Part shown: one piece after another, positions 1 to 9,064 of the stretch
Position numbering within the stretch: position 1 is the first letter of the stretch
How the letters are laid out: each line of letters starts with the position of its first letter
Sequence record: OZ035799.1
Direction: 5' to 3' (one strand)
From: Justusliebigvirus alia
DNA: 64,000 nucleotides
The notes under the pieces: model-generated
Told to the model about the DNA's origin: nothing
Seen by the model: the letters and a program-made list of their open reading frames with translations, nothing else
Databases searched by the model: none
Program-made: the position numbers and the translations under genes

Positions 1-1
1 A

Positions 2-361
2 TTCCCTACTGGAACAGTTATTCATTGTGCAAGCGGTAAAAAACATGTTGTTACAGTAGGTGGTGCTTTCTTTAGTGCCAACGAGAAAATAAAAGCAACT
101 GTTACAGGTCAAACCTATCTACAGTCTAATGCTTTAAACTGGGCTAGTAATGGCTACGCTAAAGCAGCAGGTACTAAGATTGTTATTCCAGGTGCAGGTG
201 CAAATGGCGGCGATCTTGTGACAACTATAGCACGTGCTACATATGTGACAAATAGTTTGTACACAATAGATATTGCAGATCCAATTGTAACACCTACAGC
301 AGAGAATACACAAATTAAAGCTCTGAATCCTGTTACTTTTGTTACTGTCAACAATGCTTAA
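2..361 (+). CDS. 3-prime end of a virion structural gene (partial; probable tail fibre/tail-associated protein)
   Basis: Frame open from window edge to TAA 359-361; Gly/Ala/Thr-rich; followed by stem-loop and start of next fibre gene. Confidence 0.5.
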   Translation, partial: FPTGTVIHCASGKKHVVTVGGAFFSANEKIKATVTGQTYLQSNALNWASNGYAKAAGTKIVIPGAGANGGDLVTTIARATYVTNSLYTIDIADPIVTPTAENTQIKALNPVTFVTVNNA

Positions 362-365
362 TTAA

Positions 366-387
366 AAAGGGGCGAAAGCCCCTTTAT
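366..387 (+). terminator. intergenic stem-loop (GGGGC-GAAA-GCCCC) + T-run
   Basis: Perfect GC stem with GNRA-like loop between two tail genes. Confidence 0.4.
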
Positions 388-402
388 AAAAGGAGTAGTA
401 AA

Positions 403-2364
403 GTGATTTTAACACGTCCAAATAGTGCCATTGCAGACATGGTAGAGTCTCGCTATAGAAAGCGTAGAAGTTTTGCAAGTGGTTTTACCTTAAGAGATGC
501 TCGTGAAGCATTGCTCTTTGAAACTGACGGTAACTACTATCAGTGGAAAGGTTCTCTACCTAAAGTTGTACCTGCTAACTCTACTCCTACATCTACTGGA
601 GGGATTTCAGATACAGCTTGGAAAAATGTGGGTAATGCAGATGACATTGCTCAAATAGAATCAGAATTAGATGCTATTGAAGCTGAAATTGAAGATCTTA
701 GAGAATCCATTCCAGAAGCTGGTAAATCAGCTTACCAGATTGCCGTAGACAATGGTTTCCAAGGTACTGAGACAGAGTGGTTGGCTTCTTTAAAAGGTGA
801 TCCAGGTGCTCCATTAAAGCTGCTAGGGACACTATCTAATACCAACCAATTACCTACAACTGGAAACAATGCAGGAGATGCATGGATTGTAGGCGAGAAT
901 ATGTATGCTTGGGATGGTACTGCTTGGAGAAAAGTAAACTCACAGGGGCCAGAAGGTAAATCAGCTTATCAAGTTTGGCTTGCAGCAGGAAACCAAGGTA
1001 CAGAACTAGATTATCTTGCTTCAATTAAAGGTGATAAAGGGGAACCTGGCCCAGAGGGGCCACAAGGTGTACCAGGTAATAATGCTAATGGTTTTGATTA
1101 CCAAGGTGCAGCTAATTCCGTTTCAGATCTTCCTTCTGCATCTCCTGGAAACACATCTCAAGCATGGAGTATTGGTACATATCTATACGTGTCAAACGGT
1201 GTAGAATGGATCAATATGGGCGCTATAGTGGGGCCAAAAGGAGATAAAGGCGACAAAGGAGATAAGGGTAACACTGGTGATTCTGCTTATCAAGTCTGGT
1301 TAAATGCTGGTAACGTTGGTACTATTGACGAATATATTGCCTCTCTGAAAGGAGAAAAAGGTGATAAGGGAGACAAGGGTGATCAAGGTGAGCAGGGTAT
1401 ACAAGGCTTGACGGGGCCAACTGGTGCAGGGTTGACAATTATTGATATTCTGACTGACACTTCTGAACTACCACAAACTGGAGAAGATGGTGATGGTTAT
1501 CTGATCAATAATGAACTTTGGGTCTGGTTGCAAGGAGCCACAGAGTGGACAAACGTTGGTCGTTTAGCTGGTACTCCAATCACTGCAAAAGGACACGTTG
1601 CGTCTGCAAGTGCACTTCCTCCTACATCCAATTACGGTGATGCTTATTTGACGGAAGATACAGGTCATCTTTACATTTACACCTATGATGAACAAACTCA
1701 AACTGCTGAATATGTAGATATGGGTAGTTTGAAAGGTGATAAGGGTGAGAAAGGTGACGCTGGTACTAACGGTACGGATGGTGCAACTTGGATTGTTAAA
1801 ACAACAGATCCAATTTCTAGTGATGGTAAACAAGGTGATTATGCCTTTAATATCTCCACTGGTGAGGTGTTCTTAAAAACATCTGCAACTGCCTGGACTT
1901 CTCAAGGTACACTGCCTAGCATCACAGATGCACCTAGTGACGGTAAGATCTATGCTCGTAAAGATGGAGCATGGGAAGAACTCACTAGTTCTGTAGATGG
2001 TCAAGATATAGTTCCAACAAAAGTAACAACTAATTTTATAGAGGTTACAGCATACACCAACAACTCTGTTACAGGTGACTGGACACCTCCAGGAACACAT
2101 AACATGAATGTGTTGAATCTTACTGGTAACGCTACTATAAAAGCATGGCCTGGTGTCGAAGATAGTACAAAACCTAAACCATTCTCTGCAATAGTTTATC
2201 TTATCCAAGATGCCACTGGAGGTCGTACTGTTACTTTAGATCCATCTTACAAAGTAATTGGTTCTAGTGATATTAATACAGATCCTAACGGAGTAACAAT
2301 ACTACAACTAACATATTGTGGTGTTGGCGATTACGTGGATGCTATTGTTGCTAAACGCACATAA
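403..2364 (+). CDS. tail fibre protein with collagen-like Gly-X-Y repeats
   Basis: 653-aa ORF, GTG start 6 nt after AAGGAG; repeats GDKGDKGDKG, GEKGDKGDKGDQGEQGIQGLTGPTG. Confidence 0.75.
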   Translation: MILTRPNSAIADMVESRYRKRRSFASGFTLRDAREALLFETDGNYYQWKGSLPKVVPANSTPTSTGGISDTAWKNVGNADDIAQIESELDAIEAEIEDLRESIPEAGKSAYQIAVDNGFQGTETEWLASLKGDPGAPLKLLGTLSNTNQLPTTGNNAGDAWIVGENMYAWDGTAWRKVNSQGPEGKSAYQVWLAAGNQGTELDYLASIKGDKGEPGPEGPQGVPGNNANGFDYQGAANSVSDLPSASPGNTSQAWSIGTYLYVSNGVEWINMGAIVGPKGDKGDKGDKGNTGDSAYQVWLNAGNVGTIDEYIASLKGEKGDKGDKGDQGEQGIQGLTGPTGAGLTIIDILTDTSELPQTGEDGDGYLINNELWVWLQGATEWTNVGRLAGTPITAKGHVASASALPPTSNYGDAYLTEDTGHLYIYTYDEQTQTAEYVDMGSLKGDKGEKGDAGTNGTDGATWIVKTTDPISSDGKQGDYAFNISTGEVFLKTSATAWTSQGTLPSITDAPSDGKIYARKDGAWEELTSSVDGQDIVPTKVTTNFIEVTAYTNNSVTGDWTPPGTHNMNVLNLTGNATIKAWPGVEDSTKPKPFSAIVYLIQDATGGRTVTLDPSYKVIGSSDINTDPNGVTILQLTYCGVGDYVDAIVAKRT

Positions 2365-2367
2365 TCA

Positions 2368-2392
2368 AAGCCCCTTCGGGGGCTTATTATTT
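2368..2392 (+). terminator. stem-loop (AAGCCCC-TTCG-GGGGCTT) + U-rich tail
   Basis: Inverted repeat immediately after stop at 2362-2364. Confidence 0.45.
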
Positions 2393-2403
2393 AAGGAGAT
2401 TAA

Positions 2404-5217
2404 ATGTATCCTATTCCTTTATTTATGTCAACAACATCAGCTTCAGTAGTAACAGCTACATCTATAACCACTTCATCTATTGGTATTGCAATAGTTGGTA
2501 GTAAAAAGCAACTGACATACACAGTTTCACCGGAAGATGGTGCGTTATTTGATATAGCTTTTTCATCTTCAGATAATACCAAAATGGTTATAGATAATAG
2601 TGGTATGATGGAGTTTGTTGCCGAAGGTGGTTTTGATGCAATAATGACAGCTAAAAATAATTTAGGTGCTGTCTTAACTGATCAATCTGGGGGTTATGCT
2701 TCAGAATTAAGCGTGTACACTGAAAGTCTATCAGCTATGGATGTAGGCACTACTCAACAGTTGGTTGCTACAATCAGTCCAGAAGGTGCTAAAGATCTTC
2801 CAGACATGGTAATTACGTACACCACAACAGATCCAGAAGTAGCTACTGTAAGCCCTACAGGATTAATAACTGCTCTTAAAGATGGCAATTGCCGTATAGG
2901 TTGTACTGCAACGTATCAAGGAACAGTTGTGGCCTCTGATAGTTCTTATTTAGGTGTTAATGCTATTCCTGTTATTTCTAATGTAACAGCCGTGGCAAAC
3001 AGCTATGGAGACGTTCGTGTTGCTTGGGATGTAACTGATCCTCTAGATGGTGATACTTATACTGTAGAAGTATTAGATTTAAGTAATAACAGTGTCCAGT
3101 GGACTACAACAACCACGAATACTTACGCCTACTTTGATATCTCTGACTCTATTCCTCTTTATGGGTTTGCTCCAACATACCTTAAAATTAGCGTTAAGAG
3201 CACCAAAGCAGCAGCCGTTATCTTTAATAACTCAATAGCTACAGATGATTCATTCATTAAAGAAGTTATTGTCTTTGCTGGACAAGATAACGTAAATGCA
3301 CACTTTACAGAACTATCTGGTGCAAATAAAGCAGCAATGAGTAGCACAACAGCCCGTAATGCATATGCTACGCAACGTGGTTTAGCAAATGCTGAAGTTC
3401 TTCCGTTAAATACAGCTTCTGGATCATCAGCAGCAGATAAATATGCTGACGATAAAGCTGGAACAGGTACACCAGACAACTACTGGTATGATCTGGATAA
3501 CACAGCAGATGGGCCATGCTTAACTAACTTTATCACTAAAGTCACACCTTATGCAAGTAAGGTTAAAGCCATTATTTGGGGACAAGGTGAAAATGATGCT
3601 GTATCAGCATCTTCAACTGTTGCAGGTAGATACAGTAACACTACACGTTACCATGATGCTACGATAGCTATCTTTGATAAGATGCGTACAATAGTTCCTG
3701 CTTCTCAAGCAAAAATTGTTTGGCAGATCCTGGGACGTTCTTATTTATATGGTGTAGAAGTTAATGGTGTGGATTGGCAGAAGTACAGAAATGTACAAAG
3801 AACCATCTCTACAGCACGTGATGATGTTATCATTGGTTCTTGGGTAGATGGTGCTGAACGTTACAGTGGTTATGTTTATGAAGAAGGTATTGATGGTCGT
3901 ATCCATTATATTTCTTCTGTATACCAAACAGCAGCTACAAAACTTGCTAAATCAGCAGCAGACGGTACAGACTTAACATCAACGTCACCTGTTTGGGTTG
4001 ATATGGCTGTTCCAACTGGAGCAACAGCTACTTCCCAACCTAATCAAGATACAATTTTAGCATGGGATGCTCAAGGCTATAGTAAACACTACTTCCGTAA
4101 TATTAACGTCTTAACCGCATCTGTATTAACTGAACAAACGCTTAATACGAACAGTTATACGTTTACCTATGCAGATCAAGTAGAACAATATGGTTTTGCA
4201 GCAGGAACTACTGTATTTGATGTTGCATATTATGACGAAGCAAATGATGTGTTATCTCCTTTAGTACGTTTTAATGTTAATGTTACACCAGGAACTGTCG
4301 TGATGGATTATGATTTGACACAAGAAACTCTTCCAGCAGATGTGCGCGTAAACAGGAGCAACCATTATGCTAGGGCTTCTGGAGATATCCTTGTACCGAC
4401 AGAGGTTTCTGCTCCTATAGCACCTTTAGAATATATTGGTACAACGCCACAAGGTAGACGTGTTGTAGCAGCCAGCCGTACATATATCTTTATCAACAAT
4501 AACTTGACAACAGCTTCCCCGTGGTTGAAGACGAACTTGACAGTTACAGCATCAACAATCAACTCTCCGGTTGGAACTACAGCTAACACTTACAAGTTAA
4601 CACCTTCTACAACTTCAGGACAACATATTTTATCAGCGGTGAATACAGCTTCTGATATTACAGCAGGTAAACAATGGGCTGCATCTGTATTCTTGAAACC
4701 AGACGGGATCACTAAAGTCAAGCTCAAATTGACTTCAGGAGATGAGGTTAACGAAGGGACTTATGATCTTGAAGCTGGAACATTTACAGGCACAGATGCA
4801 AATATGATCGACATGGGGAATGGTTGGTATCGTGTAATCTTACATAAAGTAACGATTGCTAAACAAGCCTCTATGACTTATGAGATTATAGCTTTGAATG
4901 CCAGTGGATCAGACACTTTTGCAGGAGACGGCACTGGAGGTCTTATTGCTTGGGTTCCACAACTTGAAATGGGTGATATGACAAACCCAGTTTGGGCGGG
5001 GACACCATTTGTTTGTACTTATGCACGAGACACAGATAGTGCTGCCACCTTCACTATTCCTAAGAACGGACACACTGGCGTGGATATTTACCACACAGAT
5101 GGAACTGTGCAAAGAGAGATTTTCACTGGCACAGCTACTACTTGGATGTTGTCATTCAACGCCGCAAGTGCGGATTGGGGATCGAAATTCATTTCTGGTT
5201 TGAAATATTACGACTAA
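2404..5217 (+). CDS. large tail fibre / receptor-binding protein with Ig-like domains; possible esterase-type motif (WGQGENDA)
   Basis: 937-aa ORF, ATG after AAGGAG; Ser/Thr-rich beta-rich sequence typical of fibres/tailspikes. Confidence 0.65.
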   Translation: MYPIPLFMSTTSASVVTATSITTSSIGIAIVGSKKQLTYTVSPEDGALFDIAFSSSDNTKMVIDNSGMMEFVAEGGFDAIMTAKNNLGAVLTDQSGGYASELSVYTESLSAMDVGTTQQLVATISPEGAKDLPDMVITYTTTDPEVATVSPTGLITALKDGNCRIGCTATYQGTVVASDSSYLGVNAIPVISNVTAVANSYGDVRVAWDVTDPLDGDTYTVEVLDLSNNSVQWTTTTTNTYAYFDISDSIPLYGFAPTYLKISVKSTKAAAVIFNNSIATDDSFIKEVIVFAGQDNVNAHFTELSGANKAAMSSTTARNAYATQRGLANAEVLPLNTASGSSAADKYADDKAGTGTPDNYWYDLDNTADGPCLTNFITKVTPYASKVKAIIWGQGENDAVSASSTVAGRYSNTTRYHDATIAIFDKMRTIVPASQAKIVWQILGRSYLYGVEVNGVDWQKYRNVQRTISTARDDVIIGSWVDGAERYSGYVYEEGIDGRIHYISSVYQTAATKLAKSAADGTDLTSTSPVWVDMAVPTGATATSQPNQDTILAWDAQGYSKHYFRNINVLTASVLTEQTLNTNSYTFTYADQVEQYGFAAGTTVFDVAYYDEANDVLSPLVRFNVNVTPGTVVMDYDLTQETLPADVRVNRSNHYARASGDILVPTEVSAPIAPLEYIGTTPQGRRVVAASRTYIFINNNLTTASPWLKTNLTVTASTINSPVGTTANTYKLTPSTTSGQHILSAVNTASDITAGKQWAASVFLKPDGITKVKLKLTSGDEVNEGTYDLEAGTFTGTDANMIDMGNGWYRVILHKVTIAKQASMTYEIIALNASGSDTFAGDGTGGLIAWVPQLEMGDMTNPVWAGTPFVCTYARDTDSAATFTIPKNGHTGVDIYHTDGTVQREIFTGTATTWMLSFNAASADWGSKFISGLKYYD

Positions 5218-5224
5218 TAAAAAA

Positions 5225-5249
5225 GGAGCCTATTGGCTCCTTTTCTTTT
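5225..5249. terminator. bidirectional rho-independent terminator (GGAGCC-TATT-GGCTCC)
   Basis: Perfect 6-bp stem flanked by A-run upstream and T-run downstream, between convergent gene blocks. Confidence 0.55.
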
Positions 5250-5252
5250 ATC

Positions 5253-5684
5253 TTAATCAGTGAAAATTACGCTTACATCTTCTTTAGAAAAGAGTTTATG
5301 ATCTTCACCTTTTGTCTCAAGAGTTTCATACAGGTTAAGAAGTTCTGAAACATCTTTCTCTACCAGTTTCTTCAATGTTGCAATTTTCTGTTTGCGACTC
5401 TTAATACGTTCAGCTACAACCTTACGTTGGTATCCAGCAGTACGATAACCTGAGAAAGTTACACCAGTGAGACTTGCAGTTACAGGATCGTAATGACGTT
5501 CAATCTGAAATTTATTAAAAGGTACAGCGTCATCACGAATAATCTTCCCGCCATTACTTACTTGACGAAGACCAGTAACTTGTTCTAGTCGTGCCATAGA
5601 AATCTTTGGAGACAGACCAGAGTCCAGGTTCATACCATTGTTAATCAGTGCTTTCAGGGTGATTTTGCTGTTCAGTGTACTCAT
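5253..5684 (-). CDS. hypothetical protein
   Basis: 143-aa ORF; ATG preceded by GGAGGA; overlaps 3-prime end of methyltransferase gene by 44 nt. Confidence 0.55.
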   Translation of the reverse strand: MSTLNSKITLKALINNGMNLDSGLSPKISMARLEQVTGLRQVSNGGKIIRDDAVPFNKFQIERHYDPVTASLTGVTFSGYRTAGYQRKVVAERIKSRKQKIATLKKLVEKDVSELLNLYETLETKGEDHKLFSKEDVSVIFTD

Positions 5685-6372
5685 TTAGTCGTTCCTCCGC
5701 TTGCTTAAAAATATTTACATCGGCTTCACAGCCTAAGTATTCTCTACCTGTTAAAAGTGCCGCAACTTGTGTTGTTGCACTTCCAGAGAAGAAGTCTAAG
5801 ACTACATCTCCTTCGTTGGTGTGTATATTAATAAGGTCACAAAACAAAGTCAAGTGTTTTTGTGTTGGATGAAAACGATCTGCTCCTTGATAGATAGGAT
5901 ACTCAAACACACCCTTATGGTAGGAAGCATTGAAGGTTGGCTTAGAACCTTTAACACAAACAATAGCCATTTCTTTAGCGTTACTAAGATAGTTAACACC
6001 ACTGTTGATGGGTACAGGGTTTGTTTTAATCCATTCGATAGTACGGAACATACGAAAACCAAGCGGTTCAAGGATTTCACGTAGCTCCTGGATCTTCCAG
6101 ATATCATACCAAACTATGCAAGTACCACCTTTTCTAAGCACCCTATAGGCTTCTTTGAATACTTCTTTAAAGTAAGGAATATCTACAACATCCCAATCAC
6201 CAAAGTTGTAAGATACACGGAATCTATCCGTATCTTTTCCAGTAGGCTCTCCAGACTGAAAATTTGTGTCACGAGAAATAGCATATGGTGGGTCAGTAAG
6301 AATCAAATCTACACTATTGCTTTCGAGGGTTTGCAGGTAGTTTAATGCAGTGTTGTTTACAAATTCGCTCAT
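5641..6372 (-). CDS. DNA methyltransferase, beta-class (N6-adenine or N4-cytosine)
   Basis: 243 aa; catalytic DPPY motif N-terminal, AdoMet motif FFSGSATT C-terminal (beta-class order). Confidence 0.8.
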   Translation of the reverse strand: MSEFVNNTALNYLQTLESNSVDLILTDPPYAISRDTNFQSGEPTGKDTDRFRVSYNFGDWDVVDIPYFKEVFKEAYRVLRKGGTCIVWYDIWKIQELREILEPLGFRMFRTIEWIKTNPVPINSGVNYLSNAKEMAIVCVKGSKPTFNASYHKGVFEYPIYQGADRFHPTQKHLTLFCDLINIHTNEGDVVLDFFSGSATTQVAALLTGREYLGCEADVNIFKQAEERLNEYTEQQNHPESTD

Positions 6373-6390
6373 TATATCTCCTTCAAAGAA

Positions 6391-6412
6391 AAGGAGCCGT
6401 TAGGCTCCTTAT
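6391..6412 (-). terminator. stem-loop (GGAGCC-GTTA-GGCTCC)
   Basis: Perfect inverted repeat between SSB-like gene and methyltransferase gene. Confidence 0.4.
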
Positions 6413-6432
6413 ATTCACACAATACTTAACTA

Positions 6433-7380
6433 TTAGAAACAGTGCAGGAAGTTTCGACCATACTGCAAACCAATAGGAGCAAATGGGATATCATCATCGA
6501 AATCTTGAACAACAGGTTCTGGTTCTTTCGGTGCTGGCTCTTTCTTCTCTACTTTTTTAGTTTCTTTCTTAACTTCTTGTACTGGGGTAGACATTCCACG
6601 GATAGCAGCAGCTACTTTATCAGACAAAGCAAGAACTTCACGAGCAGCTTCAATAATCTCTTCTGCCGTTACAGTTTTACCTGTATGATCACGACAAGCG
6701 TTAAGAATTGCGTGTCCAACTGAAGCACCAAGATCATAGTCAGTCACATCAACGCCACGATCTTTAGCAATTTCTGCTTTCAGAGTAACAGTTGCAGATT
6801 GTACCACACCAGCCAAGTCGAAAGCATCACCTTTCACACCAGCACGTAGAAGCTCCAGAGCGCCGTTTACAGCGTGTCCTGTTTCAATCCCTACGGTATC
6901 ACGTTTTTTGTAGTTAGGCTTGCTACCTTCGTTATTAGATGGCTTGTTTCCACCTTTTGAAGAAGATTGTGCTTGCTGAACACCTTCTGTTGAAAGAATA
7001 GTGATTTTACCTTTAGAGGAATTGTAGTATGTTTTGCCATTCCATTCAGAAGGTTTAACATCCATAGTTAGTTCTACACCTTTTTCGATAGTAACCCACT
7101 TGTCACCATCTTTAACTTGCAGGTTTTCATGTTCTGGATGCAGTTTAACTTCACCTAGGCTAACCCAAACACCTTTATCATCAGCACTAGCACCTTTCTC
7201 TTTAATAAGCAGAGATGCTTTGTGAGTTGATTCAATTTTCTTATCTGGCTGACCTGCAACCTTAATATAAGAGACTTTCATTTCATCAAACTTATCCAGT
7301 TTGACATATTCAACGATACCTTCAGCCCAGAATGCTTCTTTTTTAGTACGACGGTCAATTTCAGAATTAATTACTGGCAT
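6433..7380 (-). CDS. putative ssDNA-binding protein with SSB-type acidic DFDDDIPF motif
   Basis: 315 aa; GAGGAG RBS; DFDDDIPF identical to E. coli SSB C-terminal tip but followed by 15 more residues. Confidence 0.5.
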   Translation of the reverse strand: MPVINSEIDRRTKKEAFWAEGIVEYVKLDKFDEMKVSYIKVAGQPDKKIESTHKASLLIKEKGASADDKGVWVSLGEVKLHPEHENLQVKDGDKWVTIEKGVELTMDVKPSEWNGKTYYNSSKGKITILSTEGVQQAQSSSKGGNKPSNNEGSKPNYKKRDTVGIETGHAVNGALELLRAGVKGDAFDLAGVVQSATVTLKAEIAKDRGVDVTDYDLGASVGHAILNACRDHTGKTVTAEEIIEAAREVLALSDKVAAAIRGMSTPVQEVKKETKKVEKKEPAPKEPEPVVQDFDDDIPFAPIGLQYGRNFLHCF

Positions 7381-7396
7381 AAATTCTCCTCTATAA

Positions 7397-7795
7397 TTAC
7401 ATTACTTTAACACAAAACTCTCGTAAAAGAGTAGCGTCAGTTTCTTCCAACAGGTATTTACCAAGACCAATACCAAATCCTATTTCACCACTTTCAAAAT
7501 GGAGGATTTGTATCTTTTCTCCACCAAGGTTAATTACTTTTGCTTTTCCAGGATTATCCAAAACATCTCGTATTGTATCCTGTAGTAGCATTAGTTCACG
7601 TTTTGTGATAGTGGTTTCAGATATCTCTTTGTTTTCTACTCTCACTGTTAAACGGTTGTATCCACCAAAGAGACATAGTATTTGAATAAAAAAGGTATTA
7701 TCTTGAGGTTCAACATCTTTTTTAGTTAGCTCAAGACGATTAGTTTCTCTACTGTAGAACGTCTCGACTAAGATTTTAGAACGATTATCTATCAT
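7397..7795 (-). CDS. hypothetical protein
   Basis: 132-aa ORF; GAGGA RBS. Confidence 0.55.
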   Translation of the reverse strand: MIDNRSKILVETFYSRETNRLELTKKDVEPQDNTFFIQILCLFGGYNRLTVRVENKEISETTITKRELMLLQDTIRDVLDNPGKAKVINLGGEKIQILHFESGEIGFGIGLGKYLLEETDATLLREFCVKVM

Positions 7796-7838
7796 TCAAG
7801 TCCTCATAATAACACATAATTATAATGTTTGTCAACAC

Positions 7839-8432
7839 TTAAATCTTAAATTCTTCACTGTTAAATGAATCCAGTGTACGTACTTCTGGTTCTTTGGGAA
7901 TGAAAACGTCTTTTACAAAGCGGAACATAGGGAAACGTTCTGCCATTTTACGGACGTGTGCTTCTTTACCTGTGTATCGGTGATTAATAGTACAAATATT
8001 AGTTTTCAGTGCAAATTCAAAATCTGGATGATATACATAATTTTGACCATCCCAGTAACACAGGCAAATAGCTACATCAAAGTTCCATACGATTTCACTG
8101 CGTACACCCTCTTCCATGATCATAAAGTTAAACTTAAGATCTTTATAGTATGCTTCAAATACCCATTTCAAATGTGGTAGTTCGGCATAAGTGTGTTCTG
8201 TTTGCTTAGTAAGTTGTTTAACATTACGTGCACCAACACCCAACATCAAAAATTTCTCTACTAGTACGAGTGTATTGTGGTTAGGCATACGCAAGTAAAT
8301 GTCAATATCTTGCGCAGGTTTCTCTAATCGCCAGTCACGTACAGCGCCGCCAGCTACAATTGCAAACGGATCTACCAGTTGGCACATACGTAATACTTCT
8401 AAAGCTCGTACTTTTTGATCTTCAATATTCAT
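7839..8432 (-). CDS. minimal nucleotidyltransferase (GGAVRD...DIDIY; CCA-adding/poly(A) polymerase head-domain-like)
   Basis: Track ORF 7839..8453 starts at GTG; in-frame ATG at 8432 has AGGAGAA RBS. Confidence 0.5.
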   Translation of the reverse strand: MNIEDQKVRALEVLRMCQLVDPFAIVAGGAVRDWRLEKPAQDIDIYLRMPNHNTLVLVEKFLMLGVGARNVKQLTKQTEHTYAELPHLKWVFEAYYKDLKFNFMIMEEGVRSEIVWNFDVAICLCYWDGQNYVYHPDFEFALKTNICTINHRYTGKEAHVRKMAERFPMFRFVKDVFIPKEPEVRTLDSFNSEEFKI

Positions 8433-8440
8433 ATTTTCTC

Positions 8441-9037
8441 CTATCGTTTCCACTCTTTGTGTTGTTCTACATGCTCAAGCATTTCATTATATAGTGCTTT
8501 AAGATGTGGAACAACTCTTTCATCTTCAATTTCAAAGAATTTTGTAAGCTGTTCTGCCTTAGCCTTCAACCAACAAAGATGCGCTTCAATTTCAGTATTA
8601 AAACGTCCCAGCGTTTTCATGCGACCGTCTACTTTTATGTTGGCTTTATACTTTTTACGATCTTTCTCGTAACTACAGCCTACCATAGTCCCATGAGATC
8701 TTTTACTTACCCTATAAGCTAAGAACTTATTAAGATCTCCTGTTACTAAAAGACAGGTATTGGGAGAGTAAACTCTCCCTCCTATAATATCTTTATCAAG
8801 TTCTAAGTTTTCCCAGTTATCCCAAGTTTGCAACCAGGAGTAGAAATTGGAGAACAGTTTCCATTCTTCACAAACCGTCACCCCCTTATAACAAGGATCA
8901 CGTTCTTGTTGACAAGGGGAGTAACACCTCCCCAACATAGCCATCCATTTCATATAATGCGGCGTTAGTTTCTTACTACCAGGTAGCGTACTCTCGCCTT
9001 CCAAATCATTAATACCTTCACCATATACGGTAAGCAT
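8441..9037 (-). CDS. putative free-standing homing endonuclease (phage HNH/AP2-type)
   Basis: 198 aa; W..M..RC...Y...VCEEW..F..F pattern and AP2-like LGRFNTEIEAHLCWLKA; lies just downstream of polymerase gene. Confidence 0.45.
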   Translation of the reverse strand: MLTVYGEGINDLEGESTLPGSKKLTPHYMKWMAMLGRCYSPCQQERDPCYKGVTVCEEWKLFSNFYSWLQTWDNWENLELDKDIIGGRVYSPNTCLLVTGDLNKFLAYRVSKRSHGTMVGCSYEKDRKKYKANIKVDGRMKTLGRFNTEIEAHLCWLKAKAEQLTKFFEIEDERVVPHLKALYNEMLEHVEQHKEWKR

Positions 9038-9064
9038 AAAAACTCCTTTAAAATCAAAGAGTTG

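Noticed and set aside
154-354. Track ORF on minus strand inside the first tail gene
   Set aside because: Completely contained in the stronger plus-strand frame that runs to the stop at 359-361; no RBS; likely antisense artefact.
1016-5203. Short internal/antisense track ORFs within the two tail-fibre genes (e.g. 1016-1204, 1564-1833, 1873-2208, 3159-3479, 4365-4589, 4909-5112)
   Set aside because: All nested inside long well-supported CDS on the other frame or strand, without RBS.
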